24,000 bases of DNA from Nitrososphaeraceae archaeon (GCA_021325295.1 JAJPHM010000027.1:1-24000); one strand, 5' to 3'; positions 1 through 8,031 are shown, counted from the stretch's first letter. Notes: a model not told the origin generated them from the letters alone. Numbers and translations are program-made.

Positions 1-210
1 CCGGATGTGCTGAGAGTAAAACCTGTAGAAGGGTGGAAGAGAGGTAAAGCATTTGTCTTTTATCCAGAAAGATGCATATCTGATGGAGCATGCGTAGGTG
101 TATGCCCGACTCATGCAATCTTTTGGATGAGACCAATGGAATACACAGCAGGACAGCCAGTGCCTTTGCACAAGAATGGTGTGTTCGACAAGGGCTGGGA
201 AGAAGGCTAG
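1..210 (+). CDS. 4Fe-4S ferredoxin-domain protein, C-terminal fragment (5' end lies off the window)
   Basis: Frame 1 is open from base 1, so the track start at 7 is an internal GTG. Cluster motif C-I-S-D-G-A-C-V-G-V-C-P at 73-108. Stop TAG at 208-210, followed by T5 tracts. Confidence 0.55.
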   Translation, partial: PDVLRVKPVEGWKRGKAFVFYPERCISDGACVGVCPTHAIFWMRPMEYTAGQPVPLHKNGVFDKGWEEG

Positions 211-220
211 ATTAGAGGCC

Positions 221-263
221 TTTTTCAAGCACCAAGCGACAAACACCTTCTTTTTACCTTTTT
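221..263 (+). terminator. Oligo-T tracts downstream of the ferredoxin-domain gene (archaeal-type termination signal)
   Basis: T5 runs at 221-225, 251-255 and 259-263, directly after the stop at 210. Confidence 0.4.
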
Positions 264-368
264 ATTGATTTAGATTTAATTGGTCTATCCTCTTTTCGTT
301 CACTGATTTCTCTGACGATCCACTTTCATAGTAATGAGCAAGTAAGCAGGCTGGCAACAGGGTCAGAA

Positions 369-1088
369 CTAGTCTATTCTAATTAGGTATTCGTGCTTTT
401 TGAGCCAGTTGCGGTGCTCTAAATAGTCAGGGTCAGCTTGGCCGACTGCGTGCCAGAATCTGTCAGAGTGGCTAAACTCAACAAGATGTACAAGCTCATG
501 AATTATTACATAGTCGATTACCTGAAGAGGCGCGGCAGACAGGAGCAGGTTAAAGTTCAGGTTCCTTTTTTTTGAGCAGCTTGCCCACCTTGACTTTTGG
601 TCCTTAATCGATACCCTGTTGTATTGCAGTTTTAGCCTGTTGCCTATTCCGACCAGACGATCGGAAACTATCCTTTCTGTCTGCTGTCGGTACCATTCTT
701 TGACAAATCGCCGGTATTTGCGTCTGTCCTGTACATGAAATGTTATTACCTTCAGGTTGTCAGAAATAGTTGCAAACTGCTGTCTGTCCTTGACTACCTG
801 CAGGGTATATGGTATGCCAAGATAGTAAATTGTCTTTGTTCTTGATGCCGGCTCTTCACTGTCGCAGCCCATTTTCTGCCTTAAACGGCTGTAATACTCC
901 CAAGTTTTCAGGATCCAACTTTCTTTGCTGGCAATAAAGTCATGCAGCTCTTTTGCTTCGCGGCCTGCAGGCAATATAGCTTTTATTCCATAAATTCCGG
1001 CTACAAGCCTGAAGTGTTTTGCCCTTGAGCTTTTCTTTACCTCTATTGTCAGAGTCTTGCCGTTGGCAAGGACAACTGGAAGCTCCAT
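369..1088 (-). CDS. DUF45 / M48-family (YgjP-like) zinc metallohydrolase
   Basis: HExxH motif (IIHELVHLVEFSH) and a family-typical C-terminal half (WASCSKKRNLNFNLLL). ATG 1088 gives MELPVVLANGKTLTIEVKKSSRAKHFRL, a typical N-terminus for this family. The track start at 1124 is a TTG that adds a low-complexity SSRSLSPSRS leader. Confidence 0.8.
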   Translation of the reverse strand: MELPVVLANGKTLTIEVKKSSRAKHFRLVAGIYGIKAILPAGREAKELHDFIASKESWILKTWEYYSRLRQKMGCDSEEPASRTKTIYYLGIPYTLQVVKDRQQFATISDNLKVITFHVQDRRKYRRFVKEWYRQQTERIVSDRLVGIGNRLKLQYNRVSIKDQKSRWASCSKKRNLNFNLLLSAAPLQVIDYVIIHELVHLVEFSHSDRFWHAVGQADPDYLEHRNWLKKHEYLIRID

Positions 1089-1370
1089 AAAAGATCGAGA
1101 AGGAGACAGAGATCGAGAAGACAAAGGTAGACAGCAAGTCCAGCAGGCTGGGCTATTAAAGAATTTCCATTTGCAATTGACGTGCGGTTGCCTGATATAC
1201 TGTCAAGGTTATGGAATGAAATGAAAAGGAAACAAAGGTCATGACAGTTATCTGGCTAATTGATTCCCCGGCTACTCGAAGTAAAAGTAGAATCTGGTTG
1301 GATAGGCTTCAGGTAGTTAGGTCAAGGTATTGGCTCTTCCTTATTTCCTTTCTTTCCTGCTTACCTTATC

Positions 1371-1541
1371 TTACCTTCGCTGGACCGAAACAACAAAGTC
1401 CTTGGGGTTCAGCTCAGCTCCGCATGTAGTACATCTTCCATTAGATGGCCTTAGCACGTCCTTGACTGATTTTAACATCATCATCCTGTGTATCACCGAT
1501 CCACATTTGCTACACACTACATCGACTGAAGGCAACGACAT
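1371..1541 (-). CDS. Small zinc-ribbon protein, 56 aa (below the ORF-track length cutoff)
   Basis: Hand translation: MSLPSVDVVCSKCGSVIHRMMMLKSVKDVLRPSNGRCTTCGAELNPKDFVVSVQRR*. Two CxxCG knuckles 23 residues apart, ATG start, balanced composition. No family assignment is possible. Confidence 0.4.
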   Translation of the reverse strand: MSLPSVDVVCSKCGSVIHRMMMLKSVKDVLRPSNGRCTTCGAELNPKDFVVSVQRR

Positions 1542-1757
1542 TTCTTTTCTACCGGCCTACCTACCGTGCCTCTGTACAAAACCGGGATTATCAATAATAA
1601 TTGAACAAATGGTTAAAGCGATCAAAACTGCAATGAATGCAATCGCTGCTGCTTTTGTTCCGACTCTAACTTTTTCAACTGTATCAGAGAGGAAGGAAAA
1701 GGAAAGGAAATACAGGAGAAAAGATATACTGATTGGCATTTATTGTTCAATTGATTA

Positions 1758-2072
1758 ATGCCTTGCGGTAAGAGAATAAGGCCAGCAGATCTGGCTTTGC
1801 AGCTGAAGTCTCTGGATATTGATGAGGGGATAAGGATAGAATCTCTTGGCAGAGATAATAAAGAAAAGATCTTTATCAACAAGAATGCCTCCGGCATATT
1901 TGTACTTCAGATGGCTGAAGTTGACAGACACAGAAATGATACGAAAGGAGAGCTCAAGCCGAGCAAAGGCTGGCAAAGCCATGATAAAATCCTGTACTTT
2001 GACTCTCCAGCAGAGGTCCTGAAGACAATAAGACATGCCTTTGGAAAGAAAATAGCAGTCTGGCTTTACTAG
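1758..2072 (+). CDS. Hypothetical protein, 104 aa, immediately upstream of the PfkB kinase on the same strand
   Basis: ATG start, balanced and non-repetitive composition. A/T-rich box (gatatact / catttattg) lies 17-33 nt upstream. 55-nt gap to the kinase ATG. No recognisable motif. Confidence 0.4.
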   Translation: MPCGKRIRPADLALQLKSLDIDEGIRIESLGRDNKEKIFINKNASGIFVLQMAEVDRHRNDTKGELKPSKGWQSHDKILYFDSPAEVLKTIRHAFGKKIAVWLY

Positions 2073-2127
2073 CTGCGGTGAAAGATGCATATTGGAAAAG
2101 CTTGCATGGAAGAGGGAATGGAATGAA

Positions 2128-3138
2128 ATGCGGCTGACGGATACAAATGCTGACCATATTGTATGCGGCGCCATAAACTGGGACACCACGATATTTGTTC
2201 AAAAATTTCCAATGGAAGGCGAAGAGGTCAGGGTTGAAAGGGTAATAGACGTGCCGGGGGGAAAAGGAGCAAATATTGCAGTCGCCTCTGTCAGGGTGCT
2301 GGGAAAAGGCAGAGTCGCGTTATTCGGCTCTCTTGGGACAGACCATATTGCGGCAAGGCAGATTGATATTTTGAGAGCAGAAGGTGTGATAACGAGATTT
2401 ATCAGGCGAGACAGAGAAGTGCAGTCGGGTCAGGCATTTATTTTGGTTGACTCTGCAGGCAGGAACTCTATCCTTACCTTCAAAAAGGCAAACGACGTGC
2501 TGGCTGAGCGTATGGCTGCCAGCAGCAAGCTAACAAGAGCTATCCGTCACTCCAAGCTGATTACCGTAATTGACCCTCCTCTTGAAGTGGCCGGTAGGCT
2601 TGTGAGGACTGCCGCAGAGCATGGCAGGCAGGTAATATGGTCGCCGGGGATGCTTTCCAGCGGGGGCATAAGGAAGAGAAAAATGGCTGATATTATCAGA
2701 CAGCTTGATTTTCTTGTGCTCAATGAGCAAGAGTGCTCTTCACTACTTTCAATGCCCTGTTCTTCCGCAGCCGATGCTGTCCATGCCTGCAGGCTCATAA
2801 TCAAAGTTGCAGCAAGGAAAGAACTTGGAGTCATTGTAACTATGGGAGAGAAAGGCTGCTTGATGGCAAAGGATGGAGAGCTTGTTATCATGCCCAGAGT
2901 AGATCTCGGTATGATGGGTCTGCGGGTGGTAAACACTGTAGGTGCAGGGGACGCATTTATCGGCACTTTCTCTGCCATGAAGGTACTTGGCAGAGACGAC
3001 AGCGATGCTCTTTTCATGGCAAATCTGTCAGGCTCGATCAAAACTACAAGGCAAGAGACGAGGGGAGCTCCGACTCTCGCCGAGCTTGTCAGAATAGGCG
3101 GCAAAGTAAAGAGGAAATACAGGACGCGCAAACTCTAG
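2128..3138 (+). CDS. PfkB-family carbohydrate/nucleoside kinase (ribokinase-like)
   Basis: N-terminal VCGAINWD...PGGKGANIAVA and C-terminal NTVGAGDAFIGTF PfkB signatures. ATG 2128 gives a family-typical N-terminus; the track start at 2092 is a TTG 12 codons upstream. Confidence 0.85.
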   Translation: MRLTDTNADHIVCGAINWDTTIFVQKFPMEGEEVRVERVIDVPGGKGANIAVASVRVLGKGRVALFGSLGTDHIAARQIDILRAEGVITRFIRRDREVQSGQAFILVDSAGRNSILTFKKANDVLAERMAASSKLTRAIRHSKLITVIDPPLEVAGRLVRTAAEHGRQVIWSPGMLSSGGIRKRKMADIIRQLDFLVLNEQECSSLLSMPCSSAADAVHACRLIIKVAARKELGVIVTMGEKGCLMAKDGELVIMPRVDLGMMGLRVVNTVGAGDAFIGTFSAMKVLGRDDSDALFMANLSGSIKTTRQETRGAPTLAELVRIGGKVKRKYRTRKL

Positions 3139-3366
3139 GTGGGTTGCATGCGATAGTCGCGATGCGGCTGCAAACAGTACAGCAGAATTAGTTAATTAAT
3201 TGATAATTATCCTATCGCGATTTTGAAAATTGGCAGTAGCTGTTGCTGCCTGGTGCAGACCTTCTCTTCTTTCCTCTCCTCTTCTGATTGCTGGAAGATA
3301 AAAGATTGTTTGTTCGTTTGTCTATCTGTGCTGTTTGGCAGACATTGCTTTACCAGAGCATCATCA

Positions 3367-3375
3367 TTAAAATAT
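3367..3375 (+). promoter_or_regulatory. TATA-like box for the CDF transporter
   Basis: ttaaaatat, centred about 25 nt upstream of GTG 3396. Confidence 0.4.
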
Positions 3376-3395
3376 GCTCGGCCACTATCTATTCC

Positions 3396-4382
3396 GTGGT
3401 CGATAATTCCAGTTCTAGAAAGGCAGTATACGCTGCTCTTTTTGGGAACTTGGGCATAGCTGCAGCCAAATTCATTGCTGCAATACTTACAGGTAGCGCA
3501 GCCATGTGGGCTGAAGCGTACCATTCTACATCAGATACGTTCAATCAGATACTGTTGCTTATCGGGATCAAGACAAGCTCCAGAGTAGCCAGCGAGCGCC
3601 ATCCGTTCGGCTACGGCAAGGAGCAGTTCTTTTGGTCATTTCTTGTAGCCACCATGCTTTTCGGGATATCTGGCATACTTGCCCTCCAGCAGGGCTTTTC
3701 AGCTTTTCTTGCAGCAAACAGGGCGATAGAAAATGTAAACGTCAGCTATGTCATTCTGGCAATATCTGCCGTCTTTGAAGGAAATGGGTTGAGAGTGGCC
3801 TTCAGCCTGTTCAGGCAGGGAATAGAATCGCGTGGAGAAAAGGTCGGCCTTGGCACTCTGCTAAAAGAGTTCCAGGAAAGCAAAGATCCGTCGATACTTA
3901 CGGTCCTTGTCGAAGATTCGGCTGCGCTTTTAGGAATAGCAATTGCCGGCGCCGGGATATTTCTGTCGCAGGTGACTGGCAATACCGTTTACGACGCGAT
4001 AAGCTCGTTTGCCATCGGAGCAATCCTGATGGGATTTGCTTTTTTTCTTGCCAGAGAGAACAAGGGCCTCCTTATCGGAGAGGCAATTTCAAGAAAGGAC
4101 TACCGCAGAATAGTTGACTTGGTGCTGCAGATTCCCGAAGTGAACAGGATAATTTCGCTCCGCACCATGCACCTTGGGCCGAAAGACGTGCTTGTCACCA
4201 TGGAAGTGAACCTCGTCGACAAGCTTGACACAGACAGAATTGAAACGGTGATTGATACGATAGAGCGCAGGATAATACAGGTCATCCCCTATGTCAATCC
4301 CTCAAAAGTATACATCGAGCTTGAGCAGGATAGCTGTCCCGTTGATTTCAGGTCAAAAAGCAAAAGAAAGCAGCAACAGTAA
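3396..4382 (+). CDS. Cation diffusion facilitator (CDF) family metal efflux transporter
   Basis: AEAYHSTSDTFNQ (TM2 HxxxD), HPFGYGKEQFFWSF, VEDSAALLG (TM5) and a C-terminal cytoplasmic domain. GTG 3396 gives the usual short N-terminus and sits behind a TATA box. The track start at 3288 (TTG) adds 36 non-family residues. Confidence 0.85.
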   Translation: MVDNSSSRKAVYAALFGNLGIAAAKFIAAILTGSAAMWAEAYHSTSDTFNQILLLIGIKTSSRVASERHPFGYGKEQFFWSFLVATMLFGISGILALQQGFSAFLAANRAIENVNVSYVILAISAVFEGNGLRVAFSLFRQGIESRGEKVGLGTLLKEFQESKDPSILTVLVEDSAALLGIAIAGAGIFLSQVTGNTVYDAISSFAIGAILMGFAFFLARENKGLLIGEAISRKDYRRIVDLVLQIPEVNRIISLRTMHLGPKDVLVTMEVNLVDKLDTDRIETVIDTIERRIIQVIPYVNPSKVYIELEQDSCPVDFRSKSKRKQQQ

Positions 4383-4428
4383 AACATGCGACCGGCTGCA
4401 ACAGTGCTGCGGCTGAGCTATCTGGATA

Positions 4429-4452
4429 TCTTTTTCTTTCTTTCCTTTCCTT
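4429..4452 (+). terminator. T/C-rich tract downstream of the CDF gene
   Basis: tctttttctttctttcctttcc. Similar polypyrimidine tracts follow other plus-strand genes (3255-3285, 18020-18070). Confidence 0.35.
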
Positions 4453-4471
4453 CAGTTTATTTAATTTTATC

Positions 4472-4867
4472 TTATCCACCTATCCTATTTCCTCCCGGTT
4501 CCCCGATCAAGGCCATCGAGAAAACAATCTTTTTCCTGATCCTGCCGTATTTTCCAGTGCTGGTAAAGGATACCAGCTGTCCACATTTGCTGCAGCGGGG
4601 CTTGTTAGGATATCGGATATTCAAGAGGTACAGCGGTACAAGCCTGCAGCTTGAGCAGCGGTAATGCGTAAGGAAGAGCCTCTGGATGGGCAAAAGGCCT
4701 GCAAAGTTGATGCCCTCTTCTTCACAAAGCTTTGTAGCAGTCTTTGTCAGCAGGCTCTCCATCCTTGATTCTACATTGCTGGGCTGTACAAGCAAGTCCA
4801 GAGATTCTGATTCCTTTCTCTGGGCTTTGTCTGCCAGCACCTTTCCAGTTGCTTGGAAAGTCGTCAT
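4472..4867 (-). CDS. Zinc-ribbon protein, 131 aa (uncharacterised)
   Basis: C-terminal YRCSSCRLVP...RCSKCGQLV (CxxC-x18-CxxC) followed by a basic tail. ATG 4867 lies 27 nt downstream of a TATA-like cgatata (plus-strand coordinates 4891-4897). The longer track ORF (to 5131) would run over the HD-gene promoter and start. Confidence 0.45.
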   Translation of the reverse strand: MTTFQATGKVLADKAQRKESESLDLLVQPSNVESRMESLLTKTATKLCEEEGINFAGLLPIQRLFLTHYRCSSCRLVPLYLLNIRYPNKPRCSKCGQLVSFTSTGKYGRIRKKIVFSMALIGEPGGNRIGG

Positions 4868-5084
4868 AGAGTTATTTTGTGTCCTTTTGCTATATCGTTT
4901 GGTGAATAGCGATTTGTCCTTGTAAGCGGCGGTTGGAGATTCTATAGCGGCTTTATTACTGCTAATAACCCAGGATTTGTAGCCTGCAGATTGGGAAAGG
5001 TGCTCGAGGCTAATAAGGCTGGAAAGGAAAAGTGGATCAAGAAGGTGCCTATATTTATTAGCGGACACGAGATCGTCCGGTACC

Positions 5085-5747
5085 TTGCAGACAACTGTAC
5101 TGGACGAAATCAAGGCAGAGGTGAGGGACATTCTTGACGGGCGCGACCCTGCACATGACTTTGAACATGTAATGCGAGTCTATCGCAATGCGGAGATTCT
5201 TGGCAGAAAAGAGGGAGCAGACATGGATGTGCTCCTGGCAGCTGCGCTTTTGCATGATCTGGTTGTCTACCCTAAAGGAAGTGCCAAGAGAACCAAGTCA
5301 GCCGACGACAGTGCAGACCTTGCAGAGAAAATGCTCAGTGGAAGATACCCGAAGGAAAAGATAGACAGAATATGCTATTGCATAAGGACCCACAGTTATT
5401 CTAAAAAGATCACCCCTTCTACTTTGGAGGCAAGGTTACTGCAAGATGCAGATAGGCTTGACGCACTTGGCGCAATAGGTATAGCCAGAACGTTTAGCGT
5501 AGGCGGTATGGAAAAGAGGTTGTTTTACAATCCAGACGATCCGTTTGGCTCAAGCGGCAGAGAGCCAGATGACAAGCAGTGGACACTGGACCACTTTAGG
5601 CTAAAACTATTGAAACTGGGCGACTCGATGCACAGCAGAGAGGCCAGAAATATGGCGCGAAAGCGCACAGAATTTATGCAACTGTTTATGCACCAGCTGC
5701 GTGCTGAGATAGGCCCGGTTGGGAAAGAAAAAACTAGTCATCTATAG
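5085..5747 (+). CDS. HD-domain metal-dependent phosphohydrolase
   Basis: DPAHDFEHVMRV, LLHDLV (HD dyad) and QDADRLDALGAIGIARTF. TTG start sits 30 nt downstream of tatatttatta (5050-5060). Confidence 0.8.
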   Translation: MQTTVLDEIKAEVRDILDGRDPAHDFEHVMRVYRNAEILGRKEGADMDVLLAAALLHDLVVYPKGSAKRTKSADDSADLAEKMLSGRYPKEKIDRICYCIRTHSYSKKITPSTLEARLLQDADRLDALGAIGIARTFSVGGMEKRLFYNPDDPFGSSGREPDDKQWTLDHFRLKLLKLGDSMHSREARNMARKRTEFMQLFMHQLRAEIGPVGKEKTSHL

Positions 5748-6043
5748 TCGACATAATACTTGTACCGGCGCTCCACTTCCTTGTTGTTGCCCTCAAGAAC
5801 CCGGGAAATTTCAGCCTGCAAACCTTTCAGGGCATACTCTCTGAGCTGGTCTGCTTCCGGCGTCTGCGGATAGGTAGAGAGCGTATATTCAAAGTGCTTC
5901 ATAAATTCTGTCACTTTGGCGCGAAACTCCTCCTTTGTAGGCTTTTTGTTGTTCATTACCTTAAACCATGTGGTCGCGCAGGCTGTGGAGTATATCTTGG
6001 CAAGGTCTTCGATAAGCCTGTCCATTTCAAAATAGTCGGGCAT
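5738..6043 (-). CDS. Hypothetical helical protein, 101 aa
   Basis: ATG start 31 nt downstream of a TATA box (plus-strand tataaata at 6071-6078). Charged, helix-like composition and no known motif. 3' end overlaps the HD gene by 10 nt. Confidence 0.55.
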   Translation of the reverse strand: MPDYFEMDRLIEDLAKIYSTACATTWFKVMNNKKPTKEEFRAKVTEFMKHFEYTLSTYPQTPEADQLREYALKGLQAEISRVLEGNNKEVERRYKYYVDYR

Positions 6044-6070
6044 CGCTTATCCTATCTTATCAAAGACTGA

Positions 6071-6078
6071 TATAAATA
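6071..6078 (-). promoter_or_regulatory. TATA box for the 5738-6043 gene
   Basis: Reads tatttata on the minus strand, centred about 31 nt from ATG 6043. Confidence 0.4.
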
Positions 6079-6191
6079 ATACAATAAATTTCTGGCAAGC
6101 AGAAGGTCTTGTTTCTCCTCCTGTATGTCTTGCTATCACCTATGCTGCAAATCAGCCATGAAATCGCTTCGAATATTGTATTAGTGAAACT

Positions 6192-6200
6192 CAAATATCA
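6192..6200 (+). promoter_or_regulatory. TATA-like box for the SDR gene
   Basis: caaatatca, centred about 29 nt upstream of ATG 6225. Confidence 0.35.
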
Positions 6201-6224
6201 TTGCAAACTGGCAGCTATTATCTG

Positions 6225-6938
6225 ATGAAGACTGCGATCATTACTGGCGGCGGAAGAGGCATAGGAAGAGAAACCGCAATGCTCCTTGCTGTTAAGGGAG
6301 TAAACGTGGTTGTATGCTCAAGAACCCAGAAGGACATTGATGAAACTGTAAGCCATATCAGGCAGACGGCAGAAGGTCATGCTGGAGTTGCCGGAACAAA
6401 GTGCGATGTTAGTATATCATCTGATATCGGGTCGCTTGTCAGCAAGACAGTAATGGAATTTGGCGCTGTCGACATACTTGTCAATAATGCAGGAGTAGCG
6501 ATAGTCAAAAGGCTTGTTGATACTTCTGAAAAAGAGTGGAATGAGACTATCAATTCTAACCTGAAAGGCGCATTTCTCTGCTCGCAGGCTGTGGTTCCCG
6601 GTATGGTTCGCAGGGGATCCGGCACAATAATCAATGTGAGCTCTGTAGCAGGCAAGGAAGGCTCTGAAAACCTTTCTGCGTACTGCGCAAGCAAATTTGG
6701 GATGATTGGGCTGGCTGAAAGCTTGGCGTGGGAAGTTGCAGGCAGCAATATCCGGGTAATGTCGATATGCCCCGGAGAAGTAGCCACAAAGATGCAGGAA
6801 GACGCTGATCCTGCCTATTATAGGGCACACAAAGACAGAATGCTGAGGCCCCGGCAGGTTGCAGAGAAAATAGTGGAAATGATATTTGATGGGAAAAAAT
6901 ACCGTAATGGGCAATCCGTGGATATGCCCAATGAATGA
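6225..6938 (+). CDS. Short-chain dehydrogenase/reductase (classical SDR, 3-oxoacyl-ACP-reductase-like)
   Basis: TGGGRGIG cofactor motif, NNAG, and catalytic S...YCASK. ATG 6225 gives MKTAIITGGGRGIG; the track start at 6201 is an upstream TTG. Confidence 0.9.
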   Translation: MKTAIITGGGRGIGRETAMLLAVKGVNVVVCSRTQKDIDETVSHIRQTAEGHAGVAGTKCDVSISSDIGSLVSKTVMEFGAVDILVNNAGVAIVKRLVDTSEKEWNETINSNLKGAFLCSQAVVPGMVRRGSGTIINVSSVAGKEGSENLSAYCASKFGMIGLAESLAWEVAGSNIRVMSICPGEVATKMQEDADPAYYRAHKDRMLRPRQVAEKIVEMIFDGKKYRNGQSVDMPNE

Positions 6939-6985
6939 CAATGGCGGCAGGGTCTGCCTTCAACCAAGAAAAAAGAAGCAGGTCT

Positions 6986-7819
6986 TTACAAAAAGTCAGT
7001 CAAAAGCTTTGGCCTTGCATTACTCTCCTGGCTTGGCAGACGCTTCTCTATTCTGGCCTTTATCTTCTTTTGCTTCTCTTCTGCTGTCCCGTTCATCTCC
7101 AGAAACTGCAGTGCGTTGAGCGGTGCTCGGGCACCATAATGGTTGTTAAAGTAAGCATAGATTACAGGCACTTTTGCTGACAGCTCTCGGACTTTGCCAG
7201 CCCACGGCGCTAGCTCATCTTGCGAATAGGTATAGTCGTACCATACCGGGTTTCCTTTGCCATGCCACCTAACAAAGGCATGGGTTGTAGCAGTAACTAC
7301 AGGCTTGGAGAGGAATTTGATCGGCGAGTCAGTTATAGTATTTGATACATTAAAATCACTCAGCATCTGCCAGGTCTCATTTCTGTCCCACGACTCGTGC
7401 CTGAACTCTACTGCAAAGTGAATACGCGGAGGAAGCTTGCTAAGGAAAGACTCCAGCAAGTGTCTGTCTTTATACGTAAAGCTTGGCGCTAGCTGGAGCA
7501 AAAGGCACCCAAGTTTGCCGGCCTGCGATATCGGCTCGATTATTTTGATAAACCTGTTAAAGTCATCCTGCACGCCTGCAAGGCGCTTGTCGTGGCTGAT
7601 TATCTTGGGAATCTTTAGAGAAAACTTGAAGCCGGGCTTGGTGTTTCTGATCCAGCCTGAGACCATCTGCTTTGAAGGGATCTTGTAAAACGAGGAATCT
7701 ACCTCAACTGTATCAAAGACGCTGGCATAAAACGTAAGCTTGCCAAGTCTATTGTTAGGATAGAACAACCCTACCCATTCTTGATAGCTCCACCCGCAAG
7801 TGCCCAGCAGTAATGCCAT
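6986..7819 (-). CDS. DUF72 (UPF0759) family protein
   Basis: N-terminal LLGTCGWSYQEWVGLFYP plus family-typical length and pattern. ATG start sits behind an A/T-only promoter tract. Confidence 0.85.
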   Translation of the reverse strand: MALLLGTCGWSYQEWVGLFYPNNRLGKLTFYASVFDTVEVDSSFYKIPSKQMVSGWIRNTKPGFKFSLKIPKIISHDKRLAGVQDDFNRFIKIIEPISQAGKLGCLLLQLAPSFTYKDRHLLESFLSKLPPRIHFAVEFRHESWDRNETWQMLSDFNVSNTITDSPIKFLSKPVVTATTHAFVRWHGKGNPVWYDYTYSQDELAPWAGKVRELSAKVPVIYAYFNNHYGARAPLNALQFLEMNGTAEEKQKKIKARIEKRLPSQESNARPKLLTDFL

Positions 7820-7849
7820 CCGGCCAAACTAACTTGGACTTTATGGATA

Positions 7850-7874
7850 TATTATATTATATTACATTATATTA
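7850..7874. repeat. Pentanucleotide TATTA microsatellite (4 perfect units and 1 variant) inside a 44-nt nearly A/T-only tract
   Basis: tatta tatta tatta catta tatta. The tract 7847-7890 contains only three G/C bases. It lies 28-70 nt upstream of the DUF72 start. Confidence 0.8.
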
Positions 7875-8009
7875 TTATGTACAATAATATCGCTGGCTCA
7901 ACTGGCCCGTTAATTATCTGCAATAGCTGGAAGAAGAAAAGGCACGCCAGACGATAATAAAGCAAACGAACAAGCCGGTTTGGCAAATGAATGATTTGAA
8001 AGGTAAATG

Positions 8010-8016
8010 AAAAAAA
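8010..8016 (-). terminator. T7 tract just downstream of the radical SAM gene
   Basis: A7 on the plus strand, which is T7 on the coding strand, 16 nt after the stop at 8032. Confidence 0.45.
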
Positions 8017-8031
8017 GACCGTCGCAGCCGT

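Noticed and set aside
1400-1430. tRNA-like fragment ggttcagctcagc, plus TTCGAAT and TTCAAAT T-loop-like strings at about 6166 and about 19670
   Set aside because: No acceptor, D, anticodon or T stems can be paired around any of them. I could not assemble a cloverleaf anywhere in the intergenic regions.
1557-1739. 60-aa two-TM ORF upstream of the small zinc-ribbon gene
   Set aside because: I did not list it as a feature. Its first hydrophobic segment is just a translated polypyrimidine tract, and the putative promoter of the downstream gene lies inside it. It remains possible and is mentioned under the zinc-ribbon finding.
1241-2189. Track ORFs 1241-1429, 1330-1758, 1622-1897, 1755-2189 and 1954-2202
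   Set aside because: They have low-complexity, Cys/Ser/Phe/Leu-rich translations driven by polypyrimidine or polypurine tracts. They overlap each other and the better-supported 1371-1541 and 1758-2072 ORFs.
3288-3395. 36-codon N-terminal extension of the CDF transporter in the track ORF
   Set aside because: The extension has no CDF-like sequence. It contains the TATA box that is positioned correctly for GTG 3396.
4386-4925. Plus-strand track ORFs 4386-4664 and 4686-4925
   Set aside because: The first is a translation of the T/C-rich terminator tract. The second is antisense to the zinc-ribbon gene. Neither has a promoter or motif support.
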